Source: Lama glama (lineage: Eukaryota). Taken from it: a DNA stretch of 64,000 bases. Both the position numbers and the translations under genes were made by a program. Below, piece after piece: positions 1-11,349 of this stretch (positions are counted from its first letter, which is position 1; every line of letters begins with the position of its first letter). The notes under the pieces were generated by a model, which had not been told where the DNA came from, did not search any database, and was given only the letters and a program-made list of their open reading frames with translations. The stretch is from NCBI GenBank assembly GCA_028534125.1, contig CM052817.1:109184001-109248000 (forward strand), written 5' to 3'.

Positions 1-1138
1 ATATAAATATTATAGGATTGCTGGTATAGTAGATGTCTCAGATGTACTGACTGTTTTATTGAAAAAAGTCTTGATTCTTTTCCAAGAATCATATTATTTT
101 TGGTTAAGCTTTAAGTTCTTTGGGTTATGATTTTTAGACTTGAAAGTAATCTCCTAAACTCTCTTGAAACACAAAACGTTTTTTTTTTCTTTTCCTTCTC
201 CTCTTTTCAACCCAGCGCCTTATGTCTGCCTGGATTTAAATCTGCTTTGAATTAATTTTTCCTTTGACCGAGAGCAAATAATTTTCCCCACGGCCCACTC
301 ACCCTGTTTGAGGAAGTTCAGGATGTTTCTGGAAAGGGCTGGACATGTTTTCTTTCCTTGCTTAGAAGGGACTGATGTTTGTCCTCTAACAGTGAGTGAA
401 CAGAAATGCCAGTGGATGTGGAGTTAAAATCAGACCCCCAAGTCAACAGTTTCACGAGAATGAACAGGCCATACACATTTTATTACTGAAAAATCATCCT
501 CTAATGTATTTTATTTTGGCTTCACATGTCCCTTCTCTGGACAAGGTGCAGAAGGCTGTGGTCTTTACAATATGCATTAGCCTCATTGAAACCATGCAAT
601 TTCAGGTTTGACTCATTGACTCTGGTATAAAGATGGTTTTTAGACAAAATTAATGACCTCAGTTAAGAGAAATGGAAGAAACAAAATTTCTGTTAGGTGG
701 AGAGAAGAAAATTAATCAGTGATGGATCCTATAGTTAACTGTCTAGAATCAGCTTTTCTCTCATGAAATAAAAAACTGGGTAAGTTGGGACAGTTTTCGT
801 TCTAAAAGCAGGCGGCTGGGCATCCAGCAGGTATGAAGTGCACAGGAGAGTCTGATGGGCAATTCTCTTCTTGTGTTGAATTTATACAATTCACTTCTGT
901 ACACTTCATATATAGGGCTTAAAAGATAATGGACTTCTAATTTTGTCAATTTGAAAAGATAGAAAACAGTAATAATCTTCAGTCAGTGTAGAAATTCAAG
1001 CCTCAGAAGACAAAGTGTGCTTTGAATCACAGTAAAAGAAAATCAAGTGAGTTTATATGGCTTGCATTCTTACTTCCTTCTGGTGAAGATAGAGTTTCTC
1101 TAGAAGGAGGTGTCAGCTACTCTTGTCACCTGAGTAAC

Positions 1139-1564
1139 TGTTACTGAGTCCAAGCTCGTACTGCTTGCCACACGACAGGCCAATGAATCAAGACACGAGG
1201 TGTTGGGACAAGGAATAGCAATGTTGTCTGGAAAGCCAGCAGACTGAGAAGGTGGGGGCTAGTGTCTGAAAGAACCATCCTCCCTGAGTTTGAATTCGGG
1301 CTTCTTTTATACTAAAAGGGGAGGGGTGAAGTCCTGGTTCGAGTCTGACTCTGGAAGGGAGGTGCTAACTTCTTCCTTCCTGCAGCCATTCCCAGGTGGG
1401 CCTGGGCAGGGTGTTTCCTGTGAGCTCAACAAAGGTATTTTCACGCTCATGATCTGGGAGGCAGGGTTTCCAGAGACGGGCCACTGTGTACCATTTAAGC
1501 TTGTAAGAAACAGCCCTTCAGTGATTAGTCTATAGACAGAATAGAAAGTTTCTTCCCTATTACA
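1139..1564 (-). mobile_element. ERV1-like solo LTR (related to the copies at 4917 and 47946)
   Basis: TG...CA termini (tgttactgag...ccctattaca). The first ~190 bp align by eye with 4917-5105 and with the reverse complement of the end of 47946-48464. No clear TSD. Confidence 0.8.
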
Positions 1565-1872
1565 CAGTGTCTGTTCCTCATTAAAATCCTTGCCATGAAA
1601 ACAGAGTTAGTAAACATTAACTTTAATCAAAAAACGTTGTAACAGCACAAAGTGAGTGCTTATATAGAGGCAGGTAATGATACTAAAATGGAATATTCCT
1701 TAAATGGAAAATTTTAGGCTAGCATGAAGCTGTTATCTTGCCCTTCTTAAATACACAGAAGCAGATAAAGAAACTATTTAACTAGTAGCTTTGAACTGGC
1801 AGGCTCCGAGTCTCATTTCTGACAGACACACACATCCTCTTCCCAATGTCAGTGCAAGATAGAATTAACCTA

Positions 1873-2202
1873 CAGCGGGTCCTTGATCAAAACGGGGACT
1901 GGGGGCTCTGACTCCCTCACAGGGGAAAGTGTGCATATTGATGCCTGTGCCTCAAAAACCAAAAAGCTAATAAATGATTCACCCCAGGGCAGGAAGCTGA
2001 GACAGTCTGGAGAGAATCAGGGCTCAAAACTTAGTTCTTTTGACTCTACAGACTGTGATCTCTAATCGAACACAAACTTTTCCCAACACTTTGTTAACCT
2101 AGAGATCTGTAAGATGAAAACACAGGTAACTATATTTATTGAAAAAAATCTACATGTGAGTGGACCCCACAATTAAAGCCCATGTTATTCAAGGGTCAAA
2201 TG
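1873..2202. mobile_element. Tigger2-derived non-autonomous DNA transposon (TcMar-Tigger, MER8/MER28-like)
   Basis: Imperfect terminal inverted repeats cagcgggtccttga / tcaagggtcaaatg, flanked by TA on both sides (1871-1872, 2203-2204). 2135-2202 matches the remembered Tigger2 terminus. Confidence 0.8.
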
Positions 2203-2639
2203 TAGTTTAATTTTCCAATGCACTGCTGCATCAACCTGTTAAGCCAAGATATCCTTGACAATGTGGAATTTAAAGCTAACCATATTGTCACCTCTTCCTC
2301 CGACTGGACAGGTCTCCGGGATTGCTCTATTGGTGGAAGGTCTCAAGTAGGTCAGATACAATCATGATCAACGCCCTTCACGTTTGCTCCCACTGTGAAG
2401 TTTCCACAGCATTAGGTGGAAAGAACTTAAATTCCCTTACTGGAGTATGGAGGACTAAGCGAACTCCTAGTAGAACATAGCAGTTACCACTCAGCCCCTT
2501 CCATCCTCTGATACATCTTTAATTCTTAGTAACCACCACCGAAATGTTAGAATTCTCCAAGTACCATCTTTGGGGCCACTGCACTGCACACAAGGCAGAC
2601 CCACAGGGCTCTTGATGGCATGTGCTTCTCTGCAGAGGT

Positions 2640-2890
2640 TGAAGTAAGAGGAGCAGCAGAGGAAAAGGGAAGTTGGAGGTGAAGGAGAAAGACAATCTGG
2701 AATAGACGCAGAAAACAGAAGTAGACCTAAGGAGATGTGAGAAAAGAGAAGACAGGAGAAAAAGAACCATTAGTGAGAAAAGAGGAAGGAAAATCAAAGA
2801 AGAAAATAGACTGAAGAGACAGGAAAAGAGGAAAGGAAGGAGAGGAAGACAAAGGATAAAGAAGAGAGGAGAGATCAGATCAGAAGAGAG
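2640..2890 (+). repeat. Purine-rich (GA-rich) low-complexity tract
   Basis: About 250 bp dominated by A/G on the + strand (gaggaaaagaggaaaggaaggagaggaagac...). Confidence 0.85.
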
Positions 2891-3216
2891 CTGGGGCTGG
2901 TCCAGACACTGAAACTGCTCTCGTCTCCCCCCGGGCAGGTGCCCTTCGTGTGAGCGGCGTGGACACCCCGAGGGGAGGCTGGGGGCCGTGCCTCCTGTCC
3001 CGGCTGCTTGGGTCTGGGCACCTGCCTAACAGGTGTGTTTCACACAAAATGCTACTATGAGGTTGTGGCTCTGATGCCAGGAACATTGCTCCTCTGAGAA
3101 GGAAAGCTCCCCTACAGCTAAGGAGACCACAAGCTGAGCCCCCAGCCCCTGGTCTGCCTTCTGACATCAGGCGTCCTGTTCCCAATAACAGAGAGGATGG
3201 GGATGGGACTGGGGTA

Positions 3217-3313
3217 GGGATGGGGGTAGAGTGCAGTGGTGGAGCATGTGCTCAGCATGCGCAGAGCCTGGGTTTGATCCCCGGTACCTCCATTAAAAGT
3301 AAAGTTGAAAAAA
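3217..3313 (+). mobile_element. tRNA-derived SINE, camelid Vic-1 type
   Basis: Degenerate A box (tagagtgcagtggtggagc), B box (ggtttgatccc), characteristic gtacctccattaaaa and A-rich tail. Confidence 0.8.
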
Positions 3314-4334
3314 GGAGAGGGAGGCAATAGCAGATGAGCATGAGAAGATCTCATCTTTTGCTGTGGTTTGGGGTCATATTCATAACCTTCTTAGGAGGAC
3401 GGAACAGTGAAAAACCAGAAGCAGAGTGTTGAAGAGCCACAGTTGCGCTAGCCTACAGGCATTGCATTGTCCATAAAAGATCTTTCTGAATTTAGGAAAA
3501 CACTCAAAACAAGTCCAAAATCATCACTGACAAGTTGCCTTTATTCCTCTGTAAAGAACTTGGTCTTGATCAGTCTGAGCCAACAAATAAACAGAATATT
3601 TTCAAACTCTGGCATAAGAACGTAACAGTTGTCATGTGTCTGTGATGCAGAACTTTGGCACTGGCCAAAAAAAAAGGACATTTTCTTCTAATCTGATTTA
3701 CTGATAAGCATTAGGAAAAGCTTTCTCACACGAATTAGGTCTTATCAGGGAAAAAATTTTTAAATGACATTAAATGATAGCCATCACACATGGGGTCTTT
3801 TTAAAATTAATCAATCTTAAGCAAATAATATGGGGAAAATTAAAGAATGTGTATATTTAAAAAGAAAAAAGCAAGGGCTTATACACGGCAGTTGAAATTG
3901 GTCTGTGCCTGCGTCCGGATTTCATGGACCACTCGTATTAGGAAGACTTTTGTCTGTGTCTCCTGCACTATGTATTTCTTCAGACATATAAGTCTCCCTG
4001 AAAGCATTTCCCTTCAAATCATTTTACTGCCCACTTTTGACTTGCTGCTCTGTCTGTCCTGCAAACATGTGCCTCCAGCATCAACACTCTTACCTGCACG
4101 CACTTACGGACACAGAAAAGTGAGATCAGCTAACAACATGCGCTCCTTCGGTGTTTCCCATTAATGCCGAGAACAGACCACGCAGGTAGGTATCCCCATT
4201 TCCTTCACAACCGCACCTGAGCCCCAATACCAGATGCAGGGTCTGGTCAGCTTTTCGTAAGACCGAACGGATCACAGAGGCATAACCACAGAGGCAAGAC
4301 GTTGAGCCCGTGAAATGAGGCTGCTGTGACCCAA

Positions 4335-4425
4335 GCACTGAGTGTTTAATTTTATTAAATTTTAATTAATTTAGATGTAAATCTCTACGAGTGGCTACGG
4401 GCTAACATCCTGCACGAGATAGCTT
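4335..4425. mobile_element. MER3/MER33-like hAT-Charlie fragment
   Basis: ttaattttattaaattttaattaatttagatgtaaat...gtggctac resembles the MER3 core. Confidence 0.5.
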
Positions 4426-4714
4426 TGGAGATGGAGACGTCTTCTTTGCCGTGACAGGGGCTGATGGCTTGGCACCTGCCCCAGAAAGGGCCCTGAGACC
4501 AGGGGAACGGAAGCCCTAGGCTGGCCCTCGGCGTGGTTCCGCCGTGGGCTTGCTGCTCTGGGGCCCCCCACTGGCTCATGAAACTCTTTCCCACATAGTC
4601 CTTGTGCCCGCCCCGTCCTCCCTCCCTCCTCGGCTAACTGCTTATTGAGGCCACACTGGAACTGGCATTGGGGATGTTAAAATCCAACCTCCATTCTTTG
4701 TTTTGTTCTCGACC

Positions 4715-4916
4715 GACAGTGTTGAACAGAGAGACAAGCAGGAGACCCCGGGGCACGATCCGTCCTCTCACGTTTAAGCTGTGGGAGTTCAAACACGTGA
4801 CAGAAGTTGTCTGAGCTTGAGTCTGACGCTTCTCCCAGTCGCAGGGATAAATGACAGAGAACTGCAAAGCTCTGGCAAACCCCCAGCATGCAGTGAGCGC
4901 TGGAGAATGGTGAGTT
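4715..4916 (+). mobile_element. Degraded MIR SINE
   Basis: Weak similarity to the MIR core and tail (aagctgtgggag...ctgagcttgagtct...gggataaat...cagtgagcgctggagaatgg). The LTR at 4917 sits at its tail. Confidence 0.45.
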
Positions 4917-5438
4917 TGTGACCGAGTCCAAACTCCTTCTGCTCGCCACAGGACAGGCCAATAAATCAGGGGACGAGGTGTTGGGGCAAGGAATATAGTG
5001 ACTTTATTTGGAAAGCTGGCAGACCGTGAGGATGGCAGACTAGTATCTTGGAGAACCATCCTGCTCCAGTCAGAATTCAGGGTCCTTTGATTCTAAAAAG
5101 GGGAGAAGGTGTGGTTGGTTGTGCAAACTTCTTGCTGCAGGCATTCTTTGTCCTTGCAGGCGTCCACGTGGGCCAGGTCATGGTGTCCCTGTAAACCTCC
5201 AACAAAACAAAGGTTATTCTCTAGTTTGCAACTTGCATTCTCTACATAAGTACAGAAGTGGTAACATCCTTAAAGGTCAGAGCCCCGAGAATAGGCTCTC
5301 CTGTAGATTTCAGGCTAAAGTCAACACTGTTTCCCAAAAGGTGCAGAGCTGGCAAGACCGAGCCTGGAAAACAGGGCACAGGGTTAAAGCCAAAGAAATA
5401 GGTCTAATATGGAGTCAGGTTTATTCTTTGTTGTTACA
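4917..5438 (-). mobile_element. ERV1-like solo LTR
   Basis: TG...CA termini, AATAAA on the minus strand at 5003-5008, flanks gtt/gttt (partial TSD). Aligns over its whole length with the reverse complement of 47946-48464. Confidence 0.9.
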
Positions 5439-6329
5439 GTTTCACTACCTTTCCTGCCCCCCTCTGCACCCGCACCTGCACCTGTGAGTCTCCCACTCCA
5501 GTTTGCATCCTTCTGCTCCCCTGGGACCTGGGGCCTGGCCCTCCCTGTCAAAACTCTGCCTGAGCTGCCCCTTTTTAATCACCCATAGCCCCTTACATCA
5601 CCCATCAGCCAACCGAAGAAAACGCAAGAGCTAAGTAAAAGGAAAAATGCAATTTCATCCAGCTGCTCCAGTTTAGCCTAATTAGGCAGAAAAGTATCGA
5701 ATGGCAGGAGGAGGACACCGTTGGTACCCTGGGCACCCTTTCTGAGTTTTAGTTTCCTGAAAGCTTGAAACTATAGATGTGATTAAGATGCTCAATATAC
5801 GTCCATAAACGTAATATACGTCCAAAAATACATTTTCTTCTGTGACTTGATAACTCAATTGATTAAAGGTAATATTTGGTTGGTTATTGATGAGGAGGAA
5901 GGAACATTCTCACCTCTCTTGGTCCCAACCCTTTCATTCTTCCTCCTGCCTGACACTGACGGAGATCTGCAGCTCCTGAAATCTTGAACGTGTGTGAACC
6001 CTCAGATCTGGACCAGCTGGTTGTTTAAGGTTTCTCATCCTCTCTTTGCTCTTGATACCATTGGCATGAGCTGTAGTTCTGAACACTTCTGAGGGTTTTG
6101 ATTTCTCCCTTTCCCCTGGCTGCCCGTGGGTTAGGTGGTCCCTAGGTTCTGAAGAGCTTAGGCGTGGGTGTTCTAAGTGTCAACCCACCCACCAGAGAAA
6201 AAGCAGAGTTTATACCAGAGGCTGTCCCTCCCCACTGTTCCAGGGCAGACTTGCACACAATGACCCATGTGGGTCCTTTCTTTCCCTGTAGGTGGCAACA
6301 TTCAGTGTCTCTGGCCCCTTCTATACCCA

Positions 6330-6485
6330 AAGATGAGGCATCAGGTTGGTGCAGGTGTCTGAGTGACTCTGACACCAACCAACAGAGTGACGTTGGACAG
6401 TCCATTTATACTTCCAGGACTTTCAGTTTCCTGATATGCAACTCAGGTCTTTGATATAGGCAAGGTCTTCCAACTCTCATGTTTT
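6330..6485 (+). mobile_element. MIR fragment
   Basis: gactctgacaccaacc...gtgacgttggacagtccattt...tttcagtttcctgatatgcaa matches the MIR core. Confidence 0.55.
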
Positions 6486-6694
6486 GTGACATTATCATGA
6501 CTGTTTGGTCCTCCCGGAAAATACTGTGAAACAACTGAACAACGTAGCACCAATAAGAGGGAGATCCTCTAGGCTGTGAGTTAGGGATGGCTTTGCTGAG
6601 GTGATATCGAGTTGAAAAATATTAGAGTTTGTCCTCCACCTGACAAAGTAAGGATTCCTTGAAAACTTTAGCCCAGTTTAATACTAAAATTGGT

Positions 6695-7528
6695 TCTGCA
6701 CCCAAATGCCAACATGCAATGTTCTGGACACCAGCTACAATTCAGCTCAATTCTGACACTATCTGCCTAGAGATGACAGCAAATTCCACAGGTTAAGGGC
6801 TCAGTCCTACCAGACCACCGCCCTACTCCTGCCCCCAACACGCACGCAGTTCAGACACCGATCACAAGCCCAGGTTACCACCTGTTTTCCGCACAGCCAT
6901 CTACAACAACCCCCTCAGCTCAGGTTGTCAACTGCAAGCCCACGTTGTGACCTGTTCTTCTGACTGGCTGTAAACTAGAGCTTCCTACGGCCTCTTCATT
7001 GGGTTCAGCCACTTTCCTGGTGCAGAGCTCAGTGAAAGGCTCTGCTCATTAGATTACTGGTTCGTTGTAAAAGGATACAACTTGGGGACAACCAGTGGAA
7101 AAGACGCACCAAGGCAAGGCATGGGGAAAGGGGTTGGGGCTCTCATGCCCGCTCTGGGCGCCGCTTGCCTGGAATCTCCATGCATTCACCAAACTGGGAG
7201 CTCTCTGAACTCCATCCTTTTGGGTTTTGGAGGCTTTATTAAATAGGTACAATTGATTGAATCATCAGCCTTTGGTGATCAACCTCCATCGACAAGCCCC
7301 CTCTCCTCCCTGGAGGTCTGGGTTGGGACTGAAAGTTTCCAATCCTCTAATCACAAGATTGGTTCCCTTGGCAACCAGCCCTGACCCTTAGCTTATCTAA
7401 GGACTTTCCAAAAACCACCTCATTAACATACAAAAGGCACCTTTGTGGGGCTCATCACCTAGGAAATTCCACATGTTTTGTGCCAGAAAACCAAATATCT
7501 ATTTCTTATTACAAGCCACAATATCACA
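6695..7528 (-). mobile_element. MER21-family LTR
   Basis: Reverse complement begins TGTGATATTGTGGCTTGTAATAAGAAATAGATATTTGG, as in MER21. Internal motifs caattctgacactatct and ggttaagggctcagtcc. Confidence 0.85.
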
Positions 7529-8668
7529 AATATATACCCACAAAGTAATGGGAGAGAATGCACCATGTATCGATATACGCAGTAAGTATAACATGTAGTG
7601 TGGCACGTTGAGGAAAGCAGCTGCCGAGATCATTGAGGTCATTATGCTTAAAGAATTCATACAAGAAAGTAAACAGATAATGAAAGTAGCTATTTTCATA
7701 AGCAGTTAGGATAAGGATGAATTTGGGCTCAGGGAGATAAAGCATTGACTGTTCAAGACTCCCCAAACCAAGAGCAGGACTGGGGCTTTCAAGTTCATGA
7801 AAACAGGAATCTTAACCACCTGTTGGCCAGACTGAAAGAAATGACATCCAGGGCACGTGTGTTCCTTGTTCTTATGCAGCGTTGCAAGGCACGTGCCTTA
7901 TCTTGAGGACAATGTATACACCTTGCTTTTAGTCAGTTTACTGATGAGAGGAAGGAAAGCCAAAGATACAAACGCTCAAAGCCTGTGTCCCCAAAGGTGG
8001 TGACACATTGTGCATCACACACATCACACTCTGCCCTGCCTCCCCCCAATTCTGTAATCCTTCCTGCTACTTCCTTCCTGGAAGAGGATTCAGTCCATGG
8101 GCCATGCTCATGTCTTTCACTATTAAGAAATCAAATGTACTTGAAAAGATAATTGGGAGCAAATGTCAACAAAAACATATTACTAACCACTTACTCATCA
8201 CTATGGCACATATTGACTTACCTAGTTATTAAAGGCATTGGAATGGAAAACAGTTTTACAGAAGGACTCAAATGAAGACATGGGTAAGGTTGTCAAAGGG
8301 GGAAAAAAACCCAAAACCAAAACAAAACCTCAAACAGGAAAAGTAGTGAATTGCAATCAGTAATTACTGGGCTTGCCTGAATTGTTAGTAACCAGACAAA
8401 ATAGCAACAAGCTTGTCAAGATTTACAGCCACCAGTGCGTGATGTTCCCAGGACACCACGTGGGAACCTGGAAGGCAGATTTCTCGTGAGAGAGTGTCTT
8501 GCCGTCTTACTTCACACACTCGCTATTGCGAGGCATGTGCCTCACGGTGCGCGTCTCTGTCCCTTCCCCACCCCAATGGGTAAAGCCTCTTTACGTTTAG
8601 CTTCCACTGCCCTCAGCCCCTGCTAAGCCTGCTATGTGCTCTCTTAAGGGGCTCACTTATTTGACAGA

Positions 8669-9167
8669 TGTTATGGGATAGGATGGGCTGGTACCGCAGG
8701 CAGTAAAAGAATTCACCAGAAACAAAGAAAAGTGAAAGAAACATTTATTAGGTGTGCTGCTACTGGCAACAGCAGGCAGGCTAGAGGTGTCTGTGCATCC
8801 GCAGGGCAGGTGCTTAGGGTCTGTCATAAAGAAGGGCCTGACCATCTACATGCTTTAAGGAAGGTGTCGTGTTGAAGGTTTCCAGACGTTCGTTAATCTT
8901 TATCGAAGCGCTTAGGTTGATGATCCTGGGGCAGGTGCAGTCCATCTTTAGGAGGAGGTAGGCGGCCTGGTGTGCTTGAGGAATACTGGGGAGGGGGGTT
9001 GTTAGGCTGTAACTGAGGGCTGTCAGTTGGGCTAAAACAATGACATGTTCTCTGTGTTTTCTGGTCAATGTCTTCATGACGTGAGTGACTAGGGCGCAGG
9101 CAGGCATCCTGTGACCGGAGCCCCCTTGGCTCTCTGTGGGGCCTCTTCCTTGTCCTGGAACCCCACA
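8669..9167 (-). mobile_element. Solo LTR with 5-bp TSD (family not identified)
   Basis: TG...CA termini, AATAAA on the minus strand at 8744-8749 followed by a T-rich U5-like tract. Flanks acaga (8664-8668) and aaaga (9168-9172). Confidence 0.8.
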
Positions 9168-9689
9168 AAAGAGAACTTGACTTTTCCCTGAAGGAGTTTT
9201 GGCTCAATTTAGCAGGAAAGTAATGAGTCATTTCATAAGAAATGACACAAATGATTGAGATGGTAAAACAAGATAGGTGATTCACATCATTGCAGCAAAT
9301 AAATTTATACCCAATAACTTAGGGCTGGTGACAGCCATCCTCAAATCAGCACCAGCCAAGCACAACTACTGCAGAAAACCCCGGAATGACCCCAACAGCG
9401 ACCAAAAGTGGAATTTCTATGAAAATTATCTGTCAAGCAGGACACTCTATTTCTTGTAACCTACAGAATTCCATCATAATGTACATCTTTTTGTTAATTA
9501 TGGCAAAAAGACACAAAACATAAAAGTCATTCTTCTGACAATTTTGTAATGTGTGTTCCTAGTGTTGCTCTGAGGGTCCAGCAAGGATGTGAAACGCCTT
9601 TTCTGAGTCAGCAGAGATGAAGGCATTCAGACAGCTGTAGGATGACATTATTTGCTGAAATTTATAACTTTCCGCCCCAAACTTGCCCC

Positions 9690-9836
9690 ATCTTTAGAAC
9701 TGCATGGGGAAGAAGAATCTGTTACAAGTAGAGTCTTCCCTGGAGACTTGGATTCAGTGGTTCTGGGGTAAAGAGGGGTCGGAATTGTTAACAAGCGTGC
9801 CAGCTAATCCTTTAGGTGCCGACTGGGAAACACAGA
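9690..9836. mobile_element. MER5-like hAT-Charlie fragment
   Basis: ggagacttggattcagtggttctgggg...ttaacaagcgtgccagctaatc...tgggaaacac resembles MER5. Confidence 0.45.
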
Positions 9837-10499
9837 AGCAAACAAATGTATATTTCTATTTATTAGAATATCTCATTTTCCATCTATGTTGGAAAACATG
9901 TCATTAATGCTGACTTCTTTTCCTGCATTATTGAGCAATGGGAGTTTTCTTCATTCTTACAAAGTTGGAAAACTCACGGGTTCTGCCCGGCTGCTGCTGC
10001 CACCTTGACTCCGCCCCATCGTTGTAACATCTACCATCTGGCACCTGCTGGGAGAGAAAAGGATGTTCGGCCATTATTACGTGAGTAACACTGCTCAGGG
10101 GCTCGGCATGCCAAGCACGTTACCAGTCCCTCATGAGAAATCCAAAAGGCAACTTCCTGAAACAAAGCTTTAGAAAAATTGTTCACCCCCAAGAAGGAAC
10201 TGATTAACCCAAGGTAAATGTTCCTCCTGAATGCTTTATTTGGAATACAGGCTAAAACTGTGGATATTGAGCAAGCCCCTTTTTTTTCCCTTTATAAATA
10301 AAAATTACTTTTCTACTTATTAAACTTCTGAATTGCTCCTTTTAGTGTTACATTCATTAATATCTGCAAGTGAGGCACAACTGAGTTTTAAGCAGAAGAG
10401 ATGTTTACACAAGTATAATGCTAATATTAAATTACAAACAGGGAGAGCTGAAGGTGTTAGAAGCCTATGAGCCAAGTTAAAGAAAACAAACAAAAAAAG

Positions 10500-10740
10500 G
10501 TTTACAAAATATGTGCAATTTAATTACATTATTTTGTAATAAAAGTAAATACATAATGACCTACCTATATGATAGAGAAAAATAAAGACTGGAAGGAAAT
10601 AGACCAAAATGTTAGTAGTAATTTTCTGATTCTGAAATTATGAGTAATTTTACTTTTTTCTCCTTTTTATTTTGTATTTGTCTTCTTAACAAGGTGCATT
10701 ATATTTATAATAATTTTTTAAATTTTGTTGAAAAAAATCA
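10500..10740 (+). mobile_element. Old L1 (L1ME-like) 3' end fragment
   Basis: aaagactggaaggaaatagaccaaaatgttagtagta...tatgagtaattttactttt resembles L1ME 3' UTR. Confidence 0.55.
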
Positions 10741-11349
10741 CTTGCATTTCCTGAAACGCAACTGAAGATAGTATTTTTGCCAACTTACTTTTCAATTCCT
10801 CTTTTAAAATTGACCTTGGCAGTTTTGCCTGATATTTGTACATCAAACTTCACAGTAAATTTATACACCACAAATCCGCTGCAAAAAGTTCAGAGTGAGA
10901 GATGTGTTTGATAAGGTGACATTAATAATATCCTGTCAATTCTATATTCATATATCTTCCAACTCATTTGGAAATTTTTAGCTCCGGATGAAAGCAATTC
11001 AATCTTTGATATGAAAAGAAAATGGGAACTGTGTTTAGAAGAAATAATTTAACAAGAGCATTAAGGAAAAGGTTATGCAATTAATCACCTCATAAGTGAT
11101 TTTTTAAAATCCTCAACAATTCACTTTCAAAGTGAAAGTGCTATTTTTGGACACAGTTGTCCAGAGAAACAACCCGTGGTTGGATGCAGGGCACTGGGCT
11201 CTGGGGCAGGAGCTTCCACCAAAGAGTCGGGTGAGCTAGGCAGGTACGGATTTCCTCAAAGGTTAAATGTGAATATAAGCATGCTCCCTTAAACACCTTA
11301 CAGAGGCCTATAAGGTAAAATGTAGGGAGGTTACTTTGAAATGTTACAG

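Noticed and set aside
7499..7699. Hydrophobic 66-aa ORF resembling a small membrane protein
   Set aside because: Hydrophobicity follows from T-richness, the stop lies within MER21, and there is no recognisable family.
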